DNA from: Mustelus asterias
Taxonomy: Eukaryota
Length of the DNA stretch: 64,000 nucleotides
Direction: 5' to 3'
Assembly: GCF_964213995.1 (NCBI RefSeq)
Contig: NC_135804.1
Span: 69,564,001 to 69,628,000, forward strand
Part shown: positions 26,926-36,976 of the stretch, one piece after another
Layout: the number at the start of each line of letters is the position of its first letter
Numbering within the stretch: the stretch's first letter is position 1
Translations under genes and position numbers: made by a program
The notes under the pieces: model-generated
Seen by the model: the letters and a program-made list of their open reading frames with translations, nothing else
Told to the model about the DNA's origin: nothing
Database searches by the model: none

Positions 26926-28016
26926 AGACTTGCATGCATGTAAATCCTTGTTGTCAGAAAGGGGTTTTCTCGAGGCCCGGTGCGCCCGGCTCTCTGCTGG
27001 TCCTGGATCTCCCCAACCCAAAAAGATATCCTGCACAGGTAAAACCAAATTGTGTAAAAATTTTTGAGAGACTGAGTCTGATCTGAAGAGCAGAATTTTT
27101 GCATGCAAAAGCGCGCTGCGAATACTGTATTGTCTGTGAATGGGTAAAAAGTGAGACGGGAAAAAGGCCGAAAGCTAAAGTAATGCAATTAGGTTAAGTC
27201 AAGCGGTTTGGAGCGGGTTTTTCAGGTCACGACTTGCCCAGAAGAGAGTAAGTGTGGGAAAACCTGCCAGTCCAAACCTACCCAGGACCTCGGGTAAGGG
27301 ACGTCAACCGAGAGGGAGAGAGATCAGTGAGAGATCGCTCTCTGACCTAGTACAGTAGTCAAAAGCACAGGAGTGGATTTTAACCACAGGAAAGGGGAGT
27401 AGCAGCTAGAATAGAGGAAGTAAAAGACCAATTTGAACAAACTGGTCTGAGAAAACAGCGTGAAGGACAGAAATAAGAGAGAGAGTCGGAATATAGGTAG
27501 GGTAATAACTAACAACTTGAAAAATTACCCTGACAAAACTGCCTGGTGACAAGATTGAAAATAACTAATCTTTGAATAATAACAAAAACGGAAGCAACAC
27601 TGGATTGGAAAAAGATTACACACATAATTAACTTAGAGGAGATAAAGAATGAGTGGCCGTATGTAAAATGGGAAAGAGTAGTCGATAGGAATTGGATAGA
27701 CAAAATAAAATTGGAAACCCTAGAGAAATTAATAAAGGGATCTGACCGATACAGGATTCTTATACACATAGACGAGCAAGTGAAAACCTACTACCCTCTG
27801 GCCCGGGAGAGGAAGATAGTGCCGGGACAGGGGACTACGGGGAAGTGGATATCAGGACCCCGGTTAGAATTACAGATATTGGCAAAAGAAATCCAAAGGA
27901 AAGGTAAACAGGGGACTGAGCACGGAAAAACAATACAGCAAGTAATAATCACTGTAATACCTAACTCTGACAGACTAAGTGACAAAAATTGTGACAGTGA
28001 TCCAAAAAGACGAGTA

Positions 28017-29830
28017 ATGGCGCACCAAGTTAAGACACCAGTGGAGATATTAGGGGATAAGTTCCCAGCCCTTAGGGGAGATATAGAACACGTCTCTAAA
28101 AAATGGGCCAAAAGAACAAATAAGACCAATACACAGTGGCCGGAGGAAGACACATGGTCCATAGAGAGGTGTGAGGACCAGAAGGGAATGATAAAGAACT
28201 ATAAGATTAAGGATAAATCGAGCAAAAGAAGGGAGAAGCGAGAAAAGGAGTTAGAGATATTAGCCCTATTCCAACAAGAAGGGAAAGAGAGAAGAGGGGT
28301 ATGGAGGGGAGGTAGAATGCAGATGCCAGTACAACTTGAGGAAAAAGCAAAATTGGAAGATCCAAACGTAGCCCCACCCCCATACTTAGAGAAACAGAGC
28401 TCCACGGGACTGTACCCAGTTATATCAGGCACAATGAATTTTGAGGGAGAATATGACATAGAACAGATGACGAAGGAGGGAAGGGCACAAAGGGAGAGAG
28501 AAAAGAGACAAGATATAGAGAGATGGAAGGAGAAACAGAAGAGAGTAGTGAAGACGAAGGGAGGCAATCAGTGTTAGGGGTGCAAAGAAAATCAAGGCGG
28601 GAAAGGCACCCACCTGTAAAGTTTCCAGATGTGGATAGGAGAGGGAAAAGGGTATTCCCGGTGATTCTGAAGGGTGGCAGACCGCAGTATATCCCTTGGT
28701 CAGGTCAGGATTTGCCTAATTTAATTAATGAATTACCCAATATTTTGGATGGGGCTGGAAGGTGGATTGGACAGTTGGAGGCAGGGATGGTGGGAAAAAG
28801 GATGGCACTGGGCGACATCAAAGCTCTCCTGACAAAGGTGCTAGGAATGGACCAAATGGCGGAAGTAATGAGACGTGCTGGCATCCCGACCGCAGCTTAT
28901 GACCCAGCGGTGGATGGGATACTAATGGACCAGTACCGCCAAGACATCTGGCAGGCACTGCGGGATATGTACCCCAATCGAATGGATGTAAAAACCCTAA
29001 AGGGAGAGCCACTGGGTGAGGAGGAGAATGCAGCGGTGTATGTAGAGAATCAATTAAAAAGGTGGAGAAGGGACACGGAGAGGGACATTTTAATAGACCC
29101 ACTGACCAACTCCATGTTCCGGGCTGCAATCCTAGAGGGCTTGCCAGCCCCAGCTAAGACAAGGCTGGAGGAAGTGGTGGGCTTGGACTCAAAAAATTAC
29201 CGAGAGTTTGTGGATTATGTTGCCCATGCAGTAGAGAGACATCGCAAAGATGAAAAGAATGCAGACAAACAGCTGAAGGAGGTACAACGTAAACTCCTTC
29301 AGGCACAGTTGGAGGAGATCAAAAGCAAGGATAAACTGAAGGCAAAAGAGGATCTCGCACCCAGAAAAATAGCACCAATGATGGTGGAGCAAAAGCCAGA
29401 GGAAATACCTGCACTAATCAAAGGGGGGAGCGGAGATGGAGGCCAGCCCGTCGTAACCTATAACATTTCTGCCTTCCCACTGTCCATGAACCCAGGAGCC
29501 TATGGCCTAAATTATCAAAACCCATACGCCCTGCAAAGTCAGACTGACTGGAATAGAAATGGGAAAGGACAGGGAGGTGGTAGACCACCCTATCAGAATC
29601 AGAGAGGACAGGGACAGGTTAATCATCAGACTCCGAGACAGGGACCACTGCCTGGCCCTTCAGGTGTGTGTTGGGGGTGCGGGGAGGCAGGGCACATAAA
29701 AAGGAATTGCCCGCGGAATTTCCCCAGACAGGGAGAAAACCAGCAGCAGACAGGCCAACAACTGATCCAAGGATCGCCAAACAGCATCCCGATGTTTCAA
29801 GGGCCGGTAAACCATCAGAATTCCCCATAG
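28017..29830 (+). pseudogene. gag: Gag (MA-late domains / CA-NC), split by a frameshift within 28457-28577
   Basis: ATG 28017 in good Kozak context; PPPY 28374-85 and LYP 28410-18; CA-like QYIPW; CCHC knuckle CWGCGEAGHIKRNC 29669-29710; TAG 29828-30. Confidence 0.9.
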
Positions 29831-32800
29831 GGAGGCCCAGAGAACCCCGAAATGGTAGGACAGTACGTACAGATAACAGAAACTGCAGAGCAGGAACCTA
29901 TAGTTAACGTTAGAGTAGGAGGGATCGAGGTCCCCATGATGATAGACACCGGCGCCACATGTACGTGCATGCAAACGAAATATGCGGATCACTTACCATT
30001 GTCAAACCAGTTTGTAAAAACTGTGGGGTTCTCGGGGAAAGTAACATTAGCTCGAATGACGACGCCGGTGCCTGTTACCATTGGAAATAAGACAACCCAT
30101 GTACCTATTTTAGTATGTGATAAAACTCCTTTAAATCTATTGGGAAGGGATGCAATCCTAGGTTTAGGACTGAAATTAGAATGCACTGAACAAGGAATTG
30201 ATTTGATGGGAATGTATCCACTTGAAATACCAGGAAAGGAAGGGGTTAATGTATATTGGTTGGGAGATATAGAGGAACAAGTTAAAAAACAGATATGGGA
30301 AGTTTGGGGAAAGCTTATAAACACTTGGGTTCCACAAGCCAAATGGCCAAGAACAGAATTACACAGTACAATGATATTTGATGAAGGGCAGGAACCTGAG
30401 ATACAGGAGAAATGGGAAAGGGAGGCAGGACGAGAACAGGAAATAAAGTCAGGAAGTATTTTAATCGGACTAGAGGGAGTAGCCCTCACCATTGTTAGGA
30501 ATGAATGGGTTAACAAATGGTTCTCTGTATCTGGGGCGGAGCCACATGTCACATTGAAAGTGAATCCGGGATACAGATCAAAAGACCTAGGGCCAATGGT
30601 GTTGAGAGCACAAGATTTAGAATTTGTCCAGACAGACAATGTAGATATTTGGACGTCCAGCAATGGACAAATGACGAAAATAATTTTGGATGTTAAAATG
30701 CTTGGGAAACCGAAGCAGATAACAATAGGAGTGCAAATCGAGAAACAGGAACTGGAGTGGAGAGAGAGGTTAGAGCAGGATTTGAACTCCCTCCCGCAGG
30801 AGTTGTGGTCCAGACAGGACACGGATGTAGGGAGGGTCAAAAACGCTAATCCAGTTGAAGTCAGATTAAAGACAGGATGCCAGGGGCCGTATAGGCCGCA
30901 ATACCCAATCAAGACAGAAGCAATTGAAGGAATTAGAGGGACGATTAAGGGATTGATAGAAGCAGGGGTATTAAAAGAAACCCGGAGCAGGTGTAATACA
31001 CCGCTACTACCAGTGAAAAAGGCGGACGGAGAAAAATGGAGATTGGTGCATGACCTAAGGGCAATTAATGAGGTAGTGGAAGATATGCCAGTAGAGGTTC
31101 CAAACCCTTATACCTTGATGACAAATATACCACCTGAAAGTAGATGGTTTACTGTAATAGACCTATGTTCGGCATTTTTTAGTGTGCCACTAGCTCAAGA
31201 AAGTCAGTATCTCTTTGCATTTACATTCGAGGGGAAACAATACACATACAATAGGATGCCCCAAGGATTTAAACATTCCCCACATGTATTCAATCAGGTG
31301 TTGAGAGCAGATTTAGAAGGAATACAGTTGGAAGGAACACTGATACAATATGTGGATGATTTATTATTATGCACAGGAACACAAGAACAATGCAGGAAGG
31401 ATAGTTTAAAACTATTGAAAAGACTAGCAGAAGAGGGCCATAAAGTTTCCAGGAAAAAGCTGCAGCTGTGCCAGAAAAAGGTAGAATACTTGGGGAGAGA
31501 AATATCAGCAGGACAGAAGGAGATAGCTTCACAGCAAATAGAAGCAGTACTAAAGGTTCCGAAACCACAGACGGTGGGACAAATGATGACATTTTTGGGA
31601 ATGACAGGATTCAGTTCAGAATGGGTGGAAAGCTATGCCGAAAAAACGCAGGCACTACGAAAGATAATGAAGGAGGCAGGGTGTGACGAATTAAAAGCCA
31701 AACTAAAATGGGATAAAGATGCTTCAGGCGCATTTGAAAATGTGAAAAGAGAAATGGCACAGGCACCAGCCTTGGCTTTACCGACCTATGACAAGCCCTT
31801 TGACTTATTTGTGAGTAACAGAGAAGCCGGATTTGCTACAGCAATGTTAATGCAGGAAAATTGCAAGGGTAGACGAAGGCAGGCTGTAGCATATTACAGT
31901 ACCAAGCTAGACGACGTAGCGATGGGATACCCTCCGTGCTATCAAGGTCTGGCAGCAGCTTGGTGGGCGTACGAAAAGGCAGCCACGGTCACAATGGGAT
32001 ATCCGATAAACATACATGTATACCATAAGGTAGCTGAATTGATTGAGCAAGGAAAATTTGTGCTGACACCTGCTAGGATCCATCATTATCGAATGCTAAC
32101 TACATTTCCAGATATCACGATAATAAAGTGCAACAGAGTAAATCCAGCTGATTACATGCCATTACCTCATGAAGGAGAAGAACATGAATGCTTAAGAGAA
32201 GCAAAAACATTTATGAAACTGAGAAAAGATTTAAGAGCAGAGGGACTAGTGACAGAAGGGAAAAGGATACTGTATGTAGATGGCTCATGTTACAGGGATC
32301 ACTTAGGAAACCACGCAGGCTATGCCATAGTTGAACAGAAAGGGGAAACACTTGAAGTCATAGAAGCAGAGAAATGTGAACAGCCCTGTTCAGCCCAACT
32401 GGCAGAGCTTAAAGCATTGACCAGAGCATGTGAGTTAGCAAACGGGGAAGCAGTGGAAATTTATACTGATTCGGCCTATGCCCACGGGGTCTGCCATCTG
32501 TTCGGGGCAATATGGAAGCAAAGGGGATTTATGAAAAGCGGAGGAGGACCAATACAACACGAAGGTCAAATCAGGGCTTTAATAAGGGCCATGATGGGTC
32601 CAAGGGAATTAGCCATAATTAAGTGTCAGGCGCATAAAAGGGGAGCAGACAGCATCACACAGGGAAACACCAAAGCCGACAAGGCAGCTAAAGAAGCGTC
32701 AGGATGCATTGAGGCTACGATAGCCCCAGTAGAAATAGCAAGGCCGCACCCAGGGCCAGGTACGGGGGATATCGAACCTCATATCACATTAGAAGATGTA

Positions 32801-34204
32801 GCACAGTTACAGGAGGAAACCTCTGTAGCTGAAAAGGCAATGTGGAAAGATAGAGGAGCACTACAGGGACAACAGGACAGGATATGGAGAAATGGGGAGG
32901 GATTAGTCATAGCACCCACATCATTACTAACCGTACTAATTAGCGAAGCGCATGGAGTGGACCACTGTGCAAGAGGAGAAGTGGCTAGAAAGATCAAGAA
33001 GGAAGGATTCTGGTCACCATACCTGCAAAACTCAATTGACTACATACTAAGTCAGTGTGAGGTGTGTGCTCAGAATAATATCAGGAAGGGCATTACTGCC
33101 CCAATAGGGCATATACCCATTCCTGAAGGACCATTTAAACATCTATGCATGGACTATGTGGATATGGGAAAGGTGGTAAGAGGGAAAAGATACATGCTAG
33201 TGATTATTGATAGATTCAGCAGATGGATAGAAGCAACGCCATCCAAAGATCAAGGATCTGGAACGGTGATTAACTTCCTGTCAAAAGAAATTATCCCAAG
33301 ATTTGGTATACCCACGCAATTAAGTTCAGACAATGGATCTGCTTTTATAGGAAGGGCACTGAGAGAGACACTCTCGGCACTCCGAATAAAGCAGAAGTTT
33401 GGATGTGTATATCATCCTCAATCCCAAGGAATGGTGGAGAGAGCAAACGGGACCCTTAAGGCTAAAATAAGCAAAATTTGCAATGAAACAGGGAAAAACT
33501 GGATAGATGCTCTGCCATTGGCTCTAATGCAGTACAGGAGTCAGGAAAACAGAATCACACATTTGAGCCCACATGAAATGATGACAGGAAGAGTAATGCC
33601 GGTACCTAAGATCAGGGGATCAGGAGGTCCTACGCTAGAATGTTTAGATCAAAGCACAAAAGAATATATACAACAATTAACTGTTATACATAGAACTATA
33701 TCTGAACAGGAAAAAGCCAAGGAGGAGGAGAATCCGGTAACAGAACATCAGATCAAGCCTGGAGATCGAGTATACATCAGAAAGTTCCGGAGACGTTGGA
33801 ACGAACCGAGACGAGAAGGACCGTTTGAAGTCACCAAAGTGTCTCCCACGGCGTTGCAAGTAGAAGGCAGTACACTGTGGTATCACTTAAACCATTGTAC
33901 CAGAACGGTACCAGGGGTAGGGGAGAGAAGAGAAATTGAAGAAGTACACAGAGTGGATAGAGGTGATAGCGAGGAAGAAATAGAAATACACGGGGAGAAT
34001 CGTGGGGAGGAGGAACAGAGCCAAGGAAGAACAAAAAGAATAGAGGATGATGAAAGTAGTTCTGTACATGAGCTGGCTGATGATACAAATGCCCAGCCTG
34101 AGCCTATTAGTCAAGGTGCCGAGGGAGGTGAGGACAGGGAAGGGGCCCCATTCCCCACCTGGGAGTTGGAAACTATTTCCCTTAGGAACTTCCGTGACCC
34201 ATAG
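29831..34204 (+). CDS. pol: Pro-Pol polyprotein (PR - 2H-like insert - RT - RNase H - IN), open, in frame with gag via amber readthrough
   Basis: DTGA 29945; YVDD 31349-60; RNase H YVDGS / AELKA / YTDS; IN H..H..CEVC, DYVD, SDNG, GMVER; GPF module. Confidence 0.97.
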   Translation, partial: GGPENPEMVGQYVQITETAEQEPIVNVRVGGIEVPMMIDTGATCTCMQTKYADHLPLSNQFVKTVGFSGKVTLARMTTPVPVTIGNKTTHVPILVCDKTPLNLLGRDAILGLGLKLECTEQGIDLMGMYPLEIPGKEGVNVYWLGDIEEQVKKQIWEVWGKLINTWVPQAKWPRTELHSTMIFDEGQEPEIQEKWEREAGREQEIKSGSILIGLEGVALTIVRNEWVNKWFSVSGAEPHVTLKVNPGYRSKDLGPMVLRAQDLEFVQTDNVDIWTSSNGQMTKIILDVKMLGKPKQITIGVQIEKQELEWRERLEQDLNSLPQELWSRQDTDVGRVKNANPVEVRLKTGCQGPYRPQYPIKTEAIEGIRGTIKGLIEAGVLKETRSRCNTPLLPVKKADGEKWRLVHDLRAINEVVEDMPVEVPNPYTLMTNIPPESRWFTVIDLCSAFFSVPLAQESQYLFAFTFEGKQYTYNRMPQGFKHSPHVFNQVLRADLEGIQLEGTLIQYVDDLLLCTGTQEQCRKDSLKLLKRLAEEGHKVSRKKLQLCQKKVEYLGREISAGQKEIASQQIEAVLKVPKPQTVGQMMTFLGMTGFSSEWVESYAEKTQALRKIMKEAGCDELKAKLKWDKDASGAFENVKREMAQAPALALPTYDKPFDLFVSNREAGFATAMLMQENCKGRRRQAVAYYSTKLDDVAMGYPPCYQGLAAAWWAYEKAATVTMGYPINIHVYHKVAELIEQGKFVLTPARIHHYRMLTTFPDITIIKCNRVNPADYMPLPHEGEEHECLREAKTFMKLRKDLRAEGLVTEGKRILYVDGSCYRDHLGNHAGYAIVEQKGETLEVIEAEKCEQPCSAQLAELKALTRACELANGEAVEIYTDSAYAHGVCHLFGAIWKQRGFMKSGGGPIQHEGQIRALIRAMMGPRELAIIKCQAHKRGADSITQGNTKADKAAKEASGCIEATIAPVEIARPHPGPGTGDIEPHITLEDVAQLQEETSVAEKAMWKDRGALQGQQDRIWRNGEGLVIAPTSLLTVLISEAHGVDHCARGEVARKIKKEGFWSPYLQNSIDYILSQCEVCAQNNIRKGITAPIGHIPIPEGPFKHLCMDYVDMGKVVRGKRYMLVIIDRFSRWIEATPSKDQGSGTVINFLSKEIIPRFGIPTQLSSDNGSAFIGRALRETLSALRIKQKFGCVYHPQSQGMVERANGTLKAKISKICNETGKNWIDALPLALMQYRSQENRITHLSPHEMMTGRVMPVPKIRGSGGPTLECLDQSTKEYIQQLTVIHRTISEQEKAKEEENPVTEHQIKPGDRVYIRKFRRRWNEPRREGPFEVTKVSPTALQVEGSTLWYHLNHCTRTVPGVGERREIEEVHRVDRGDSEEEIEIHGENRGEEEQSQGRTKRIEDDESSSVHELADDTNAQPEPISQGAEGGEDREGAPFPTWELETISLRNFRDP

Positions 34205-35765
34205 AAAAGGAGAATGGGATACAGAAGACATAAGGGTGCAAAATCAGGAAGATAGAGTATTAAGACGAACAAAACGTGAACGATTAGTGAGCACAAATAC
34301 TATTTGGGAAAAAGCGCAGAAAAACAAATGGTGGAAATGGGCTGAGTATACAGGTCAGAGAAACAGTGATGGGAAAGAGTGTGTAGTATGCGCATCAGAG
34401 AAACCTAACACCCAAGTAACTGATATACCATGGGGATCAGGAGACTGTAGAACCAGGCAACAAAGCTGGAGAAAGGAAAATTGCCGTCCATATACCACAT
34501 ATATACGGTATCATATGATAGGGAATCGGAACTACTCGTATGAGAATATAGACTGTTCCGGATCCGCATGTGATAACCTTTGTAAAGGTGAGCCGCCGTT
34601 GTGTCAATACCACTGCATCCTGTTTGCTGGGGTAAAAAAGGGCATCTACAACTTGACCCACAGATGTCCAAAGTGGCCAAAAACGGCAGTGGACGTGGTC
34701 CCAAAGGAATGGAGTGTAGAGCCCAACTTACAAATCCAAGATTGCTATTGGATGGAAAGTAGCACAGGAAGTAGTGTGGGAAATTACACAGGAAAGTGTG
34801 AAAGGATTTGGAATATAACCGATGCTCTTAATCTGATCCTCTAAGGAGAGGGATGGGCACCCCCTCCTTATGTGTTAGACTATCAAGAAAATCAACTGGC
34901 CGATCTCTGGTGGCTTTGTGGCCCGGAGAAAGGGCTATTGGCAAAATTACCACAGAATTGGAAGGGACTATGTGCTCGAGTTATGCTTGCCCAGAGCACT
35001 GTGATACTACCGGTGGAAAGAAAAATTAAATCACAAAAAGTTAAGAGGGCATATACCCCTGACCCTACGATAAAATTGGACGCAATCGGACAGCCCCGCG
35101 GCATCCCGAATGAGTTCAAAGCTAGGAACGAAATAGCTGCAGGGTTTGAATCCCTCTTTGTTTGGATCACACCCAGCAAGAATACTGAGTGGATCAATTA
35201 CATCTATTATAATCAGCAGAGGTTTATTAATTATACGAATGATGCCCTGGAGGCCTTAGGAGAGCAGTTGGATGCGACCAGCAAAATGGCGTGGCAAAAT
35301 CGACAGGCGTTAGATTGGCTCCTGGCAGAGAAAGGAGGGGTGTGTGTTATGTTTGGGGATCAGTGCTGCACATTTATCCCTAATAACACTAATCCAGAAG
35401 GGTCATTTACACAAGCCATGAATAAGTTAAGAAATCTTAAGAAAGAAGTGAAAGAAAATGCTGGGTTTGGGCATGAGGTATGGAGTTGGCTGGACAGAAT
35501 ATTAGGAAGATGGGGGGCGTGGTTTGCCAAAGCTGGAGCTGTAGCAATAGCAACAATATTCATTCTGGGATTGATATTTTGTTGTTTTTTACCCGCCCTG
35601 AGATCCTTCCTTACCAGAGTGGCAGCGCGGCAGATGGTGACGCGGGTGATAAGCAGCTCACGCTCGAGAGAAAAAACAGAGGAATGGGAAAATCTTGAGC
35701 CGCCCCCGCTGAGTGGATTCACAATGACCTTGGTCGAAGTTGAAACTCGTCACTCTGTAAAATAA
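34047..35765 (+). pseudogene. env: gamma-type Env with one in-frame TAA (34842-44)
   Basis: signal peptide, CVVC, KVKR SU/TM site 35037-48, ISD QNRQALDWLLAEKGGVC, CX6CC, TM helix; both ORF halves in the same frame. Confidence 0.93.
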
Positions 35766-36116
35766 CTACAATAGTGGAAGATCACCTTGTGGAAACAACA
35801 GCACCTTGCTGAAGTCCGCACGAAACCAGGAGAACTTAGTCTGTACACAGGAATCAGTCTTTTTCCCTTCCCTAGACAAGAGTGGGAAGGTTTTTGGCTG
35901 ATGACTGTCAGGGGCAGGCAATCTGGAGGAGCAACCCAAAAATCAGAACCTGGATAGACAAATTATGATAAAGTTAGAATAGGGACACTGATCCCTGACC
36001 AAAATAGTCGGCTCCTCCACATCGCCTGGGAAAAGTGATTAAAATAAAATACAAATGGGATTGAGCAAGGGGATTATTTGAGCTTGGTAATTGGGATGAG
36101 GCTAGGGAATAGCCTC

Positions 36117-36126
36117 AAAGGGGGGA
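36117..36126 (+). promoter_or_regulatory. ERV polypurine tract
   Basis: AAAGGGGGGA 2 nt before the 3' LTR. Confidence 0.9.
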
Positions 36127-36128
36127 CT

Positions 36129-36845
36129 TGTAAGGGAAATTGTACTGGATATTGTATGAGTTTAGTATGGAATTCAGATTCATAGGTTTTAGTGAAATAA
36201 TAAAGCAGATTTAGATAAGTAGTGAAAATGGATATGTAACCTAAAGTAACTTCGTGTGACCTAATATAATCAAGTGTAGTCGATATGATCAAAGTGGAGG
36301 AACTAGAGAAGTAATATAGCAATCACTAATTAAGGAAAGCAGACAATAGTCACTTAAGAAAACAAGGAAGACTGCTCGGTGGTTCAACTTAATAGTGGAC
36401 CATAAATCAGCAGGGGGGATGTCTTTTCTTCTAAACACATTCGCCTTAGCTTACAAAACCACGATTATTGTACAAACAGAAAAGTTCAGATAAGAGCAAG
36501 AGTTATAACCACCATGGTTTAAGAGACAAAGAGATATAACAGGGAGCGACCGATTGCAAAGAAAACAGATAAAGGGTCAACTAAAAATAATGATGGCCAA
36601 AGAAAGAGCGGGCTGTAGGGTAAGATAACAACCAAGGACAGGCAGTAAAAGGGAGATAAGGATCTTGAGATAGGAGGCTGAAATGTACATAAAAGAGTGT
36701 AAGCCCAAGGGCTCTTTGGAGTGTTCCGGACGTTCCCGACTTTATCTCTTGTGCTGAGAAATAAAGTCTATTGCTTGGAAGATCGCTGCTCAGACTCTCT
36801 GTTTTAATTGATGTGAATAAATTGTCGTCCTGGGGAACCACGACA
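36129..36845 (+). repeat. ERV 3' LTR (717 bp)
   Basis: same length and sequence as the 5' LTR. Confidence 0.97.
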
Positions 36846-36937
36846 CTATTAGCAGCTTTTCCCATTATTTTTATGGCTATGCAATGTTTTATTCCCTCAC
36901 CCTGCAGTACAAATATGTCCCACTTTCTATGCATTTT

Positions 36938-36976
36938 AACTTTGACAAAGGGTCATCTGGATTCGAAACGTCAACT
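36938..36976 (+). ncRNA. minimal hammerhead ribozyme motif (U3-A8 variant) in 5' pLTR; stem I degraded
   Basis: TTGACAA-A-GGGTC-atctg-GATTC-GAAA-C-GTC. Confidence 0.65.

Larger units (their letters stand above)
26084..36845 (+). mobile_element. full-length endogenous retrovirus, class I (gamma/epsilon-like), 10,762 bp
   Basis: TG...CA LTRs, 4-bp TSD CTAT (26080-83, 36846-49), PBS, gag-pro-pol-env, PPT. Confidence 0.98.

Noticed and set aside
26536-27188. Minus-strand ORFs across the LTR/leader
   Set aside because: No recognisable domain; the LTR part is simply repeated at 36581-36934
28457-28577. Programmed -1 frameshift within gag
   Set aside because: No canonical slippery heptamer; a GA-repeat indel explains it more simply (kept only as a lesion)
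29989-30912. 307-aa antisense ORF over pro/2H region (and other antisense ERV ORFs)
   Set aside because: Codon-aligned shadow of pol; no motifs; no evidence for an HBZ-like gene
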